DNA of 64,000 bases, taken from contig NIVC01002395.1 in the NCBI GenBank assembly GCA_002269645.1, forward strand, positions 114,453-178,452. Reading direction: 5' to 3'. The notes beneath the pieces are model-generated. The model was not told the origin of the DNA, did not search any database, and saw only the letters and a program-made list of their open reading frames with translations. The translations under genes were made by a program, and so were the position numbers. The stretch's first letter is position 1. Each line of letters opens with the position of its first letter. The DNA comes from Macrostomum lignano (Eukaryota). This document shows, one piece after another, positions 13,901 through 26,853 of this stretch.

Positions 13901-14029
13901 GCAGGCGGCTTCCTCGTAGCCGATCCCGGAGACGCCCAGCGGCATCAGCATCTTGTTTTCAAAGTCCACGTGCAGCCGGATCTCGCAAAAGTCCTGCGCC
14001 CATCTGGGGCACATCGAATGGTCCAGCAT
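10952..14029 (-). CDS. Uncharacterised ~804-aa protein with a polyQ tract and beta-rich repeated domains; exons 14029-13790, 13253-12673, 12545-10952
   Basis: Three minus-strand ORFs join with canonical, phase-matched sites: AAC|gtgagt...ttacag|GGG (phase 0) and AA|gtgagc...cgcag|G (phase 2). The start codon is uncertain (first in-frame ATG at 14029). No family recognised. Confidence 0.75.
13261..13680. repeat. 45-bp minisatellite in intron 1 of the minus-strand gene
   Basis: (ATAAGAGCAGCTTGCGTGCAGGAGCTGGGGTGCTGTTCAGGTAAG)n, about 9 copies. Confidence 0.92.
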
Positions 14030-14700
14030 AGCTTTAGTCTCTTGGTTGCAATTGTCACTTAGCAGTAAAAGTGAGGGCTCAATCTCGCTCTGCTCCACGC
14101 CCCAGTCTCTTTAAGACTCGATAGAGCTAAAAAGGACACTGTACGCGAATAGCATAGATAGCGCTGCCCCAGCTTGCTCGGCGCGGCAGAGGTTCTGGCC
14201 ATAGACAATTCCAACAGACAGACAGGGGCAGACTTGACTCAGCTGCTAAAATCGCCGCTTTCAATCAATGCTTCTAAATTTCACATTGAAATTCAGGTCC
14301 CCTACGAAATATAGCATGTGAAGTGGCACCAACCTCTTTACTCATTCAGGCTGAGTCAAACTAAACATCTTAGATTAGATTTTTGGAGTCCGAGTGAGCG
14401 AAGGGCCGCGCGGTCACACTTCAGTGGCCCCTCAAGGACTGCAATTGAGAAACAATTCTGAAAAAGAAACTTATTTAGAATGGAACAATAAAACGCGCTG
14501 TACATTATTCTGTGGATGAATTTGTGACACCCCGCTGACAGGTTAAATGAGTTTTCCTGCGCTGTTCTTTTTCTCTCTGCCAAGTTTTGTCTTTCTTTCT
14601 GCCGCTGGCTGCTTATTAAAAGCAGCAATTTTGACGCAAGGCTTGGCGAACCCTCAGGCTGCCTTTAGAACTCTTTAACCTTGCTTGAGGCAGTTCCGAC

Positions 14701-15621
14701 ATGCCAACGTCTGCCGCCGGTCGTCAGCTGTCAAGCCAAGCCGGCGGAGGCCGCAGCGGCACCGGAAGTTGTCGCTCCGACGCCCGGCACCCGCCGATGG
14801 CTGAAGTTCGAGTCCGCGAGGCCAGCCTGCAGCAGCAGCAGCGGCTCTGTCAGGACAGGGTCAGACTGGACCGCGATCGTTCCACGTTCGACCGCGACTT
14901 CGAGAAACGCGAGCGTCGGGTACTGATAGAGCTGGCGAGGCTGCTGGACAGTCAGCTGACTCCCAGCATCGATGATTGGTTCGCTAAACGGCGGGTGCCG
15001 CAGGCGAGCCGGCAGGCCGGTTCCTGGTATTATCGGCGAGGCGGTGACTGCGGCGACCGCAGCTTCACGCCAGCTGGGGACGGCGAGGTCAGTGATCTGA
15101 AGGCGAATGACAGAGAGGAGGCTGCCGATCAGATGCTGGACAGGCAGCGCGTGTTAGAGATGAAGAGCAAAGACTGGTGCGGCTTCACATCAATTCCGTC
15201 AAAAAAGTAAATAATACTATACTGTTTGCTTGAAGTGATACTACTTACTCCTACATACTACTACTTACTAACTCATTTTCACGAAATTCAAGAAAATTTA
15301 CCCAGGGGGCTGTCGTGCAATTCACAGCCATGAGGGCCAACCCTCAGGTACACAGGGTGTACATGCCAGACCCTGTGTGAGCGTGTGTGCGGTTGCATTC
15401 TCAGGAGTCAGTGGAATTTGGCCTCTAATTATTCCAGATTTCAGCCACATGAGCATCACCAGGGTCCGGGCGAGTCATCGAACACTGCACCACCAGAGCT
15501 CGGCGGAGCGGCGCTCACCCCGAGGCAGCAGAGGCAGAAGCAACTGCAGCGGCATCACCATCACAATCATCGAGTTCAGTCGGTTCCGTCCAGGCCGAAA
15601 ACTGCCGGGGCTCGTTTTTGA
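14701..15621 (+). CDS. Uncharacterised ~240-aa protein; exons 14701-15206 and 15405-15621 (alternative ATG 14797)
   Basis: AA|gtaaat donor and cattctcag|G acceptor are both phase 2, joining ...WCGFTSIPSK/KSQWNLASNYSRFQPHEHH...RPKTAGARF. GC-rich coding-like composition. Confidence 0.55.
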
Positions 15622-15794
15622 ACTTTTTTTCAAGTTTGCTTTAACTTCCAGAAAGTAAATTTCTACTGTATTTGGCTGCACAAAAATATCTTTTTATGCC
15701 TTATTCAATTAAAAACATTCAGTACATCTACAAAGCTATCAGTACAAAAGCCACCATTTTTTACTTTTTCTCTTTTACTTTGAAAGTCACGGGA

Positions 15795-16036
15795 GAGTGA
15801 GCTCAAACATACACACCGGTGTGTGAATGGGAGAGTGAGATCAAACACCCATGTGTGTGAATGGGACAGTGAGCTCAAGCACACACACAGGTGTGTGAAT
15901 GGGACAGTGAGCTCAAGCACACACACAGGTGTGTGAATGGGACAGTGAGCTCTAGCACACACACAGGTGTGTGAATGGGACAGTGAGCTCAAGCACACAC
16001 ACAGGTGTGTGAATGGGACAGTGAGCTCAAGCACAC
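15795..16036. repeat. 38-bp minisatellite (GTGAGCTCAAGCACACACACAGGTGTGTGAATGGGACA)n, array 1
   Basis: Direct reading; the same family recurs at 18500-18735. Confidence 0.9.
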
Positions 16037-16719
16037 TGAGAAATTTATAAATACGAGGTTAGCAACAGAAATTGTATACTTCATAAACATAATAATAGAT
16101 TCGAATTTCAAGTGATAAGCAATGGCTCGGTAATCTGAGTCACCAAGGTGTCGCATAGCACTGTACAGTCTATGCAAGTAATGTACTTTGCTACTTGGTT
16201 GGCCATGCCCACATTTTGGGCGTGGGTTGAACGAAGCAATAAGCTGAGCTCCTGTGCGCTCAAGGGAGGGAGAGGAGGGTAAGGAGGGTAGAGAAGCGGA
16301 CTATAGGTTGGGGTACAGTGTAACCCTACCCAACCTCTCTCCTCTCTCTCTCTCTCTCTCTGACCTCGCCCTCTCTCCGCTCTCTCTAACACCAGTTCTG
16401 TCCTGTTGAAGAGAGAGAGAGGGAAGGCACTCCTGCCGTACATGCCTGGCATTGCAGCCCACAGAGAGAAATTAGAGACTAAGAGAGATCGGTGAGCTCC
16501 ACCTTTGCGCCTCGGACACTGTCGAGAAACTATTTTTCATTTCGATTTTCTGTTTTCTATCTTATAAAAAACTTCTCCAAAACATTTTACAAAATTAACA
16601 CGATTTGGTCTGAAAGGTAAGTTGGTATTAAACATTTCGTTTTGATTAGAATAGTTCACTTGATAGTTTAGTTTAATAACTGACTGAACCCGGAAGTGAT
16701 TAGATTCTGAAGTGAAACC

Positions 16720-17735
16720 TTCACAATCTCACCTGACCCATTCACAACCTAACCTGACCCATTCACAATCTAACCTTCACAACCTACTCTGACCAATTCA
16801 CAATCTAACCTGACCCATTCACAATCTAACCTGACCCATTCACAACCTAACCTGACCCATTCACAACCTAACCTGACCCATTCACAATCTCACCTGACCC
16901 ATTCACAATCTAACCTGACCCATTCACAATCTAACCTGACCCATTCACAACCTAACCTGACCCATTCACAATCTAACCTGACCCATTCACAACCTAACCT
17001 GACCCATTCACAATCTAACCTGACCAATTCACAATCTAACCTGACCCATTCACAATCTCACCTGACCCATTCACAACCTCACCTGACCAATTCACAATCT
17101 CACCTGACCAATTCACAATCTCACCTGACCAATTCACAATCTCACCTGATCAATTCACAATCTCACCTGATCAATTCACAATCTCACCTGGTTCATTCAC
17201 AATCTCACCTGACCCATTCACAACCTAACTTGACCCATTCACAACCGAAACTGACCCCGTTCACAACCTAACCAGACCCATTCACAACCTAACCTACCCC
17301 ATTCACAATCTCACCTGACCCATTCACAACCTACCTAACCCATTCACAACCCACCTGACCCATTCACAACCTACCTAACCCATTCACAACCTACCTAACC
17401 TATTCACAACCTCACCTAATCTATTCACAATCTCACCTGACCCATTCACAACCTACCTAACCCATTCACAACCCACCTTACCCATTCACAACCCACCTGA
17501 CCCATTCACAACCTACCTAACCCATTCACAACCTACCTAACCTATTCACAACCTCACCTAATCTATTCACAATCTCACCTGACCCATTCACAACCTACCT
17601 AACCCATTCACAACCCACCTTACCCATTCACAACCTACCTGACCCATTCACAACCTACCTAACCCATTCACAACCTACCTAACCCATTCACAACCTCACC
17701 TAATCTATTCACAATCTCACCTGACCCATTCACCA
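16720..17735. repeat. ~21-bp minisatellite (CCTGACCCATTCACAATCTAA)n
   Basis: Direct reading, with 20-bp variants toward the right. Confidence 0.92.
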
Positions 17736-17979
17736 AATAAGCTGGACAATGTCTACCCTATCTAATTTTAGAAAGTGCAAAAAACCCAGCATAGAAGATA
17801 ATTTTCTAACAAATCCCCATTCTTGGAACCCCATTCAGCCCCAGAAACGGTCAGTAAACACGGAATCGTCAAAAGCAAAGGCAGCAAGAGCGAGGCAAGG
17901 CGCCACAGTCAGCCACATCAGCAACAACAACAGCATCAACAACAACAACAACAACAAGGAAGATTCAAAAGTCTCCGCC

Positions 17980-20826
17980 ATGCGCAAGACGTCGAGTCCG
18001 AAACTGCGAGCGGCCACTCTGGCCCTGTGCGTGCTGGGCATCGTCCTCTGCCTCGCCGCCATGGGCCTCGCCCTCACCGTCCAGGGTCCAGCCAGAAGCC
18101 TGCGGCCGGTGCTGAGCTACGCTGACTCTGCCTACGTACCGATGTACCTGGACATGGCGGCTGCTGGCCTGGTTGTCCTGGCCGCTCTGACCGCATTAAT
18201 CAGCCAGCTGTACGGGAATCGAGGCCTGGACCTTGCCGCCTGTATCACCCTGGCCTTGGCGGCTGTTCTGGCTTTGGCCGCGCTGGGGCTGGCTGGCAGC
18301 TTGAAGGCCGGCAGCGCCCAGACCGGGCTGGAGGCCAGCCTGGACAGCTCGCTGCAGCGGTACGGCCCGAGCGATACGGCTCTGTACGAGGCCTGGAACC
18401 AGCTGCAGAAAGATGCCAAGTGCTGCGCTGTCCGCACCAACAGGGCTCAGATGGTGAGACTTCAAGTGCTTGTGTACTTCTAAAGTTGGAATGGGGAGGG
18501 TGAGCTCAAGCACACACACACATGTGTTAATGGGACAGTGAGCTCAAGCACACACACATGTGTGAACGGGACAGTGAGCTCTAGCACACACACGTGTGAA
18601 TGGGACAGTGAGCTCTAGCACACACACAGATGTGTGAATGGGACAGTGAGGTCAAGAGCACACACACAGATGTGTGAATGGGACTCAAGCACTCAAGCAC
18701 AAGCACTCCAGGACTCAAGACTCAAGCACACACAGGTGTTTCTATCATTACTTGCAAGTACTCGTTGGCCTTTTTTGAGTTCCTCATGACGTCGCGGCCC
18801 ATTGCTGAGTAGGTAGCACTCAACCCGCCCTCCTCCAGGCCTACAAGAACACGCCCTGGTACCGCCAGCTCAGCGAAGGCACACCGCACACGACGCCAAA
18901 CATTCCGGACAGCTGCTGCACCGCAGAGGCGCACGCCGACCCGGCCAAACTGGCCGACTGCACCAACAACCGGCCGGCCGTGCCCTCAGAGAATCCCTAC
19001 ATGCATCCTATCGGCTGTTTTGAGGCCTGCACTGCCGACTTGGAGGCCTTCAGTAATCGGCACATTATCGTCGGCGTGTTGGTGTTTTTTGGTGCCGTTC
19101 TGGCCGCCGGCCCCGTTGCTTTCGGCCTGGTGCAGAGCTGCAGACAGCAGGCAGGCAATCAGCTGAAGCAGAAACAGCGGGAACAACAATTTGGCAACTC
19201 GAGGCCAGGTAACAATATTTCATCTTCAATCGTAGAAACTTGAACAAAGTTGAGAGATTCTCAAAGTTACTGACAGATTCCCAAGGTTACTGCAAAACTT
19301 CCAAAGGTCGCTAAGAGATCCCCCAATTTTATGAAGAATTCCCAAGGTCATCGAGAGATTTCCAAGGTCGCTAAGAGATCCCCCAATTTTATGAGGAATT
19401 CCCAAGGTCATCGAGAGATTTCCAAGGTCGCTAAGAGATCCCCCAATTTTATGAGGAATTCCTAAGGTCATCGAGAGATTTCCAAGGTCGCTAAGAGATC
19501 CCCCAATTTTATGAGGAATTCCCAAGGTCATCGAGAGATTTCCAAGGTCGCTAAGAGATCCCCCAATTTTATGAAGAATTCCCAAGGTCATCGAGAGATT
19601 TCCAAGGTCGCTAAGAGATCCCCCAATTTTATGAGGAATTCCCAAGGTCATCGAGAGATTTCCAAGGTCGCTAAGAGATCCCCCAATTTTATGAGGAATT
19701 CCTAAGGTCATCGAGAGATTTCCAAGGTCGCTAAGAGATCCCCCAATTTTATAAGGAATTCCCAAGGTCATCGAGAGATTTCCAAGGTCGCTAAGAGATC
19801 CCCTAATTTTATGAGGAATTCCCAAGGTCATTGATAGATTTCCAAGGTCGCTAAGAGACCCCAAATGTTTTTGAGGAATTCCCAAGGTCATTGAGAGATT
19901 TTCAAGGTCGCAAAGAGATTTCCAATGTTGTGGAGAAATTTATAAGATTATTAAACTTTCCGTAGGGACGTTCGGTGAATCTCAAAGTCATTGAGTGAGT
20001 TCCAAGATCATTAATAATTCCCAACCGCTCATGCGTTTTCCAAGGTTCCAAGATATTTCCCAAGATCACCGATTCATCCGACACTCTAGCCGTATTGCGG
20101 GATTCCCTCAAGGTCATTAGGAATTTCCATGACAACTACTTACGATGCCGCACGCTTCAACGTCATTTATCAGGCAGCGTAGTTGGCAGCTTGCGCGGCG
20201 GCCATCAGCAGTCTCTGCTGACGTCCCAGCCGCTCCGGTCGGGCTCCTCGGTGTACAACAGCCGGCACTCGCTGTTCAGCGAGCCGCCAGGCACTTGCGG
20301 GGGCGTCAACGGGCTCAACAGGCCGCCATCGGAGTCGTCTTTGCCAAGCGTGGCGGCCCGGTCACTGTTCAGTGAGCCGCCGGTTCGTCCGCCGCCCAAT
20401 GCTATCCACGCTCAACCGGTCAGACCTCGGCAGCAGAAGCAGCAGCAGCAGCAGCAGCCGCAGCAGCAGCAGCCGCAGCCGCAGCAGCAGCAGCCGCAGC
20501 CGCAGCAGCAGCCACCGGTACCGAAGCCCCGCGCCAGTCTGGCCAACAGTAGTGTAGCGGCCCAGTATCCCAGCGAAACCGGCGAAGAAGCCTCATTTGG
20601 CAGCTTGACAGTGGCCAGCCAGCCCGCGCAGCCGCAGCCGCAGAAATCAGCCGCCCCTCAGGCGCTGCAAGCGCAGCCAATGAAGCGACCGCCTCAGCAG
20701 CAGCACAAGCCGGCCATCGCCTTGTCCGCCCAGCCTCTGAAGCCGCGGAACCCACAGCAACAGCAACAGCGTCATCTTGGGCCGCCGCCGGTGCAGGCGG
20801 GCAAAAAACGGCAATCGAACTTTTGA
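17980..20826 (+). CDS. Tetraspanin-family protein with a long Q/P-rich C-terminal tail (~498 aa); exons 17980-18453, 18839-19208, 20174-20826
   Basis: GCCATG start, three hydrophobic helices, WNQLQKDAKCCA (CCG-like), IPDSCC (PxSCC), GCF just before TM4. Junctions ATG|gtgaga...ctccag|GCC (phase 0) and CCA G|gtaaca...ttatcag|GC (phase 1) are frame-compatible. Confidence 0.85.
18500..18735. repeat. 38-bp minisatellite family, array 2 (tetraspanin intron 1)
   Basis: Same unit as 15795-16036, more degenerate. Confidence 0.85.
19300..19925. repeat. 60-bp minisatellite (tetraspanin intron 2)
   Basis: About 10 units that align with the 60-nt lines, each built from three ~20-bp related subunits. Confidence 0.95.
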
Positions 20827-20919
20827 CCTTCCTTTGTAGTTCAGTATCACATATATATTGTATCTTAACGCCCGTAAATTTCATCCAGTACCGCTAGCTA
20901 TATGTGTACTTCTTGGCAC

Positions 20920-21740
20920 CTCAGGAGGCGCAACTTAGGTCCATCGGTCCCTCAGGAGGCGCCACTAAGCTCCATCGGTACCTCAGGAGGCGCCACTAAG
21001 CTACATTGGTCCCTCAGGAGGCGCCACTAAACTCCATCGGTCCCTCAGGAGGCGCCACTAAGCTCCATCGGTCCCTCAGGAGGCGCCACTAAACTCCATC
21101 GGTCCCTCAGGAAGCGCCACTAAGCTCCATCGGTCCCTCAGGAGGCGCCACTAAACTCCATCGGCCCCTCAGGAGGCGCCACTAAACTCCATCGGCCCCT
21201 CAGGAGGCGCCACTAAACTCCATCGGTCCCTCAGGAGGCGCCACTAAGCTCCATCGGTCCCTCAGGAAGCGCCACTAAACTCAATCGGTCCCTCAGGAGG
21301 CGCCACTAAACTCCATCGGTCCCTCAGGAGGCGCCACTAGACTCCATCGGTCCCTCAGGAGGCGCCACTAAACTCCATCGGCCCCTCAGGAGGCGCCACT
21401 AAACTCCATCGGTCCCTCAGGAGGCGCCACTAAGCTCCATCGGTCCCTCAGGAAGCGCCACTAAACTCCATCGGTCCCTCAGGAGGCGCCACTAAACTCC
21501 ATCGGTCCCTCAGGAGGCGCCACTAAACTCCATCGGTCCCTCGGGAAGCTCCACTAAACTCAATCGGTCCCTCAGGAGGCGCCACTAAACTCCATCGGTC
21601 CCTCAGGAAGCGCCACTAAGCTCCATCGGTCCCTCAGGAAGCGCCACTAAACTCAATCGGTCCCTCAGGAGGCGCCACTAAACTCCATCGGTCCCTCAGG
21701 AGGCGCCACTAAACTCCATCGGTCCCTCAGGAGGCGTCAC
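20920..21740. repeat. 31-bp minisatellite (CCATCGGTCCCTCAGGAGGCGCCACTAAACT)n
   Basis: Direct reading. Confidence 0.93.
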
Positions 21741-22209
21741 CAACCCTCTCATGTACATGTAACGCTCTTTGTGATAGATAAAATGAATAATTGCTATTGT
21801 TATAGTTCTAAGTTTATCATCATCTTATATAGTTGACCTACGATGTTGACTGACTAAGGACAGTAGAACACTTGTACTTATAAAAGATTGATTTCCCGTT
21901 GCCACTTGCACTTTAACAATTAATTTATAACGAATTTTGCTAATTTGGACCAACAGTTTTGTATAGTCTGTTTACAATTCAAATCTAGCTTTTAACCCTT
22001 TGCATCTACATTAATTGCTATGATCGTTTTGAATGCGATAAACTTTGTTATGAACATTATTGACAATACATTCCCAGTTAAATTTTACACGAGCTAAGCA
22101 TCATTCAATAATACTCTACTTTGCATCCGACTAGCATATGCAGCTAGTGTAACTGTTATAATTCATTTTGGCTTTTTCCTACTATCAGTAGCTTGCTTAA
22201 CAATTGGAG

Positions 22210-23890
22210 CAGTCGGGACACAGATCTCAAGGACACAAATGGTGCAGTTGGGACACAGATCTCAAGGACACGAATGGTGCAGTTGGGACACAGATCTCAA
22301 GGACACAAATGGTGCAGTTGGGACACAGATCTCAAGGACACGAATGGTGCAGTTGGGACACATATCTCAAGGACACGAATAGTGCAGTTGGGACACAGAT
22401 CTCAAAGACACGAATAGTGCAGTTGGGACACAGATCTCAAGGACACGAATGGTGCAGTTGGGACACAGATCTCAAGGACACGAATGGTGCAGTTGGGACA
22501 CAGATCTCAAGGACACGAATGGCGCAGTTGGGACACAGATCTCAAGGACACGAATGGTGCAGTTGGGACACAGATCTCAAGGACACGAATGGTACAGTTG
22601 GGACACAGATCTCAAGGACACGAATGGTGCAGTTGGGACACAGATCTCAAGGACACGAATGGTGCAGTTGGGACACAGATCTCAAGGACACGAATAGTGC
22701 AGTTGGGACACAGATCTCAAGGACACGAATAGTGCAGTTGGGACACAGATCTCAAGGACACGAATGGTGCAGTTGGGACACAGATCTCAAGGACACGAAT
22801 GGCGCAGTTGGGACACAGATCTCAAGGACACGAATGGTGCAGTTGGGACACAGATCTGAAGGACACAAATGGTGCAGTTGGGACACAGATCTCAAGGACA
22901 CAAATAGTGCAGTTGGGACAGATCTCAAGGACACGAATGGCGCAGTTGGGACACAGATCTCAAGGACACGAATGGTGCAGTTGGGACACAGATCTCAAGG
23001 ACACGAATGGTGCAGTTGGGACACAGATCTCAAGGACACGAATAGTGCAGTTGGGACACAGATCTCAAGGACACGAATAGTGCAGTTGGGACACAGATCT
23101 CGAGGACACGAATGGTGCAGTTGGGACACAGATCTCAAGGACACGAATGGTGCAGTTGGGACACAGATCTCAAGGACACGAATAGTGCAGTTGGGACACA
23201 GATCTCAAGGACACGAATAGTGCAGTTGGGACACAGATCTCGAGGACACGAATGGTGCAGTTGGGACACAGATCTCAAGGACACGAATGGTGCAGTTGGG
23301 ACACAGATCTCAAGGACACGAATAGTGCAGTTGGGACACAGATCTCAAGGACACGAATAGTGCAGTTGGGACACAGATCTCAAGGACACAAATGGTGCAG
23401 TTGGGACACAGATCTCAAGGACACGAATGGTGCAGTTGGGACACAGATCTCAAGGACACGAATAGTGCAGTTGGGACACAGATCTCAAGGACACGAATGG
23501 TGCAGTTGGGACACAGATCTCAAGGACACGAATAGTGCAGTTGGGACACAGATCTCAAGGACACGAATGGTGCAGTTGGGACACAGATCTCAAGGACACG
23601 AATGGTGCAGTTGGGACACAGATCTCAAGGACACGAATAGTGCAGTTGGGACACAAATCTCGAGGACACGAATAGTGCAGTTGGGACACAGATCTCGAGG
23701 ACACGAATGGTGCAGTTGGGACACAGATCTCAAGGACACGAATGGTGCAGTTGGGACACAGATCTCAAGGACACGAATAGTGCAGTTGGGACACAGATCT
23801 CAAGGACACGAATGGTGCAGTTGGGACACAGATCTCAAGGACACGAATGGTGCAGTTGGGACACAGATCTCAAGGACACGAATGGTGCAC
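22210..23890. repeat. 35-bp minisatellite (GGGACACAGATCTCAAGGACACGAATGGTGCAGTT)n
   Basis: About 48 units; source of the many ORFs 22193-24013. Confidence 0.95.
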
Positions 23891-26853
23891 TTTGGGAACA
23901 TGCGACGAACAAGTGAGGCAATTGCTCCACTTGTTCCAAGCATGCACTGTGCAATTCTCGAGAGTATATCTTCACGAAAGCTTCCAGGAATAGAGCAACA
24001 GTGGAAAAATTGATGTCACGGTTTGCAGTCGACGGTCAATGTGACACTATGCGTGTCCTGTCGTTGCAAACGCTACAGAAGTTGACACCAAGCTTCCAGT
24101 AGGCCTACATCCGCGTGTATCCGTGTTGGCAAATGTTTGCCCACTGCACAGAGCAATGCTGGCTACGAGTACACTTGGATCACCAAACAGCTGGTATATG
24201 TTCCACGCTTCCTTGTAAAGCGCTGCTGTTTGCTTTGTAATTCAAATTTCACCCAACTTCCGTTTGGCACCAAAAAGTGACTTTTCTTATTAAAAAAGCT
24301 TCCTGTTTCGATGAAGTGAATTTATGAAATCTTTGGGAAGAAGATGATTGACTCGATTCAAAAGCTACAATCATGTTGCAGATGCAAAATTTCTCCGATT
24401 TACAATAGCTAGACTACAGTAGATGTTTTACTGATTAAGTTACATCATATATTAGCAGCAGAAGCAGCTATATATAGAAATACACTAGCAATCTGCGCAG
24501 CCCGATAAGGAAAGCAGCAAGGCAAGAGAATAAATATTTTTGAATAAATTACATGTAGCTTTTGGCCTTGTACAGCCACTATATTGTTAGTTTTTTAAAG
24601 GAAAATCATGTTTGAAGCAAAGAAGCATCCGCCCTGAAATCCAGCTATCTGGGCTAAGCTATCAGCATCTCCTATGAGCTTTGGGATCAAAGCCTCCCTT
24701 GAAGACATCGCTCAACCCTGACTCTCCCTTCGATACTTAGCCTACTAACTCCCAATTGATCCCTGGCATCTGAGCAACCCTTTTCCCGTGAGTCACAGCA
24801 TTTTAGCAATCCCCCCCCCTGCATGAACGAGATTTCAGCAATTTCTCCATGAGTCTTCTGTGGTTGACAAGGTGATTCTTTTATGTTAAGTTATTTTCTT
24901 TTTGTTAAGTCTGCTTCAGTTGATGAAAGCTTTTAATAAAAATATTTTTATATGATCAAAATTCCAACTTAGGTAGCTGCATTAGCAGTTCAGTCTGCTC
25001 TCATCTAGGCTAACTTTCGTTCATTGTAGCACTTTACTAGGTAGATAGATATCTAGAGCCAAACCATTTTTAGTATAGTGGACTAGCACAAAAATAATGC
25101 CCCCCTTTGGGGCGACCAGTAAGAAAGGGATGAAATTTATTTTTGTGAATCCTTTGCCTTGACAGCTCAGCAATCCCCTCGTAAGTCATGACATCTCATC
25201 AATTTAGTAGAGTGGAAACGACTAATTAATTGCTTATGAATTAGTTCTCTCATCAAGCCGCTTAGAGTAAAAATTACAGGAAGCAGTTATGGCATAATAA
25301 AGTTCTCAAGCAGTCAGTATCAGTCTCTATTACAGTTAACTAAAGGGTCGACGCAGTCTAAATCAAGTCTAAGTTGCAATTGTTACGCAATTCAGGCCGG
25401 CGTCTGCTGAGTTACCAGGCGCTGTCTTATGATGCAATCATCATTCAACTCTAATCGAAATGCCTAGTAGTGGAGAACAATTCTGCTCAAACTTTGCAAA
25501 AAAACATGTTTTTTTAATATGTAATATCCTGATCATTAAGACATTTCTTAGCCACGACCCGTAGCGTCACCGGAAATTGTCTAATCGAATGGTGCAAGTT
25601 TCATGAAAATTCGTTGGGCTGTTTTTTTCTGAAATCAATCAATTATTCTCGTAGATGTAATGTAGATATAAATAACTTGTAACGACGTCGTACTCAGTCT
25701 TAGTACAGTGATGGAGGAACTCGGCCAGATTTTTAAGTTTCCACCCGAAACAGTAGTCAAATTTCCTCATCTCAGTCCCAAGTGACGTAATTCATATACC
25801 ACACCTGTGGTTTTGGTCAACTGTGAGTGACGCAATCACAAATTGGCTTCCCCAGCTTAGGCTGGTGAGGAGAGACTGAAGAGTTATGGCCAGAGTTGGA
25901 GTAAAGCTGCCACTTGGTGTCCTCTGGTTCAATGCAATGTTTTCCGCTCATTCTTATTATGAATCACATGGAAATTCTATAGAGACATTTGTTTATTTGC
26001 TTCTAAGGCTATCTGAATCGCCTTTACATGTAGGATTGTAAGGACGTGTTGTTCACCTGTACTCGTAATCACCATGCAAATCATCTAGAACTTTCTCATG
26101 CTTCGTGAACGAAATATGAGCTATGCAGCAGTTTTTAGACATCTATAAATTTCTATACGACTACCGTCACAGCATCTCCCTGCGCCTTTCTGCCGCGTTA
26201 TTTACGAGGTCCTAATCCAGATTTTCTAGGGCTCTCTAAGAAAGCTACAGGGCCAGGAGCAGCTGTCCTACCTGTCTATTTCGCCGAACCACAGGTAATA
26301 CTAGAAAAGCCAGTGCTTTTATACTACTTTCGACTTATGATTGGCATGCCAAATGCAAAGACCCCATGTAATTCGGTTTGGTCTTCTTTTGCCTTAAGTA
26401 GCTGGTTATCTATTTTAAAGTATTGCTTTTTTCCAACTGTTTCTTAAACCCTTCCCGCTACAATTCCGAAGCTATTGCATCAATACTCAGACTAAGCGTT
26501 GGAGAAACTCGAAATCAATCAATCAGACTATTTTAAAGAGGCTTGAAGCAACGAAGAGTTGAGAATAAGCCAGTAGCAATAGTGTAAAGCTGTGCCTTTT
26601 CAATTAGCAGGCTCTCAAGCCGAGTTTCCAATGCCGTCTATTTGAGACTAAGAAATCTCAAAGCAGGTTTCGTGGCGGGTTTTCATTTGCAAGCCGCATT
26701 GAGGAGATTTCAAGGAGATCGACAGAGACATGGAGACATGGGAGGCAGCCAACGTACGGCTGGGTGGGGGGACGCAACAAGCTGTGGGCAATTCTGTTTA
26801 GACATTTCGAGAGTTTATCAATTTGCAGCTCCGCACACACGCAGCTTCAATCC

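Noticed and set aside
19226-19891. 221-aa minus ORF of perfect 20-aa repeats
   Set aside because: In-frame product of the 60-bp intronic array, antisense to the tetraspanin, with no unique flanking coding sequence.
22193-24013. Regular 35-bp repeats suggesting CRISPR or a repeat protein
   Set aside because: Units are contiguous with no unique spacers, the context is eukaryotic and there are no cas genes; ORFs appear in all frames.
23885-24290. TSP1-like string NCTVHAWNKWSNCLTC on the minus strand
   Set aside because: Flanked by stops and running into the 35-bp array; no supportable gene model.
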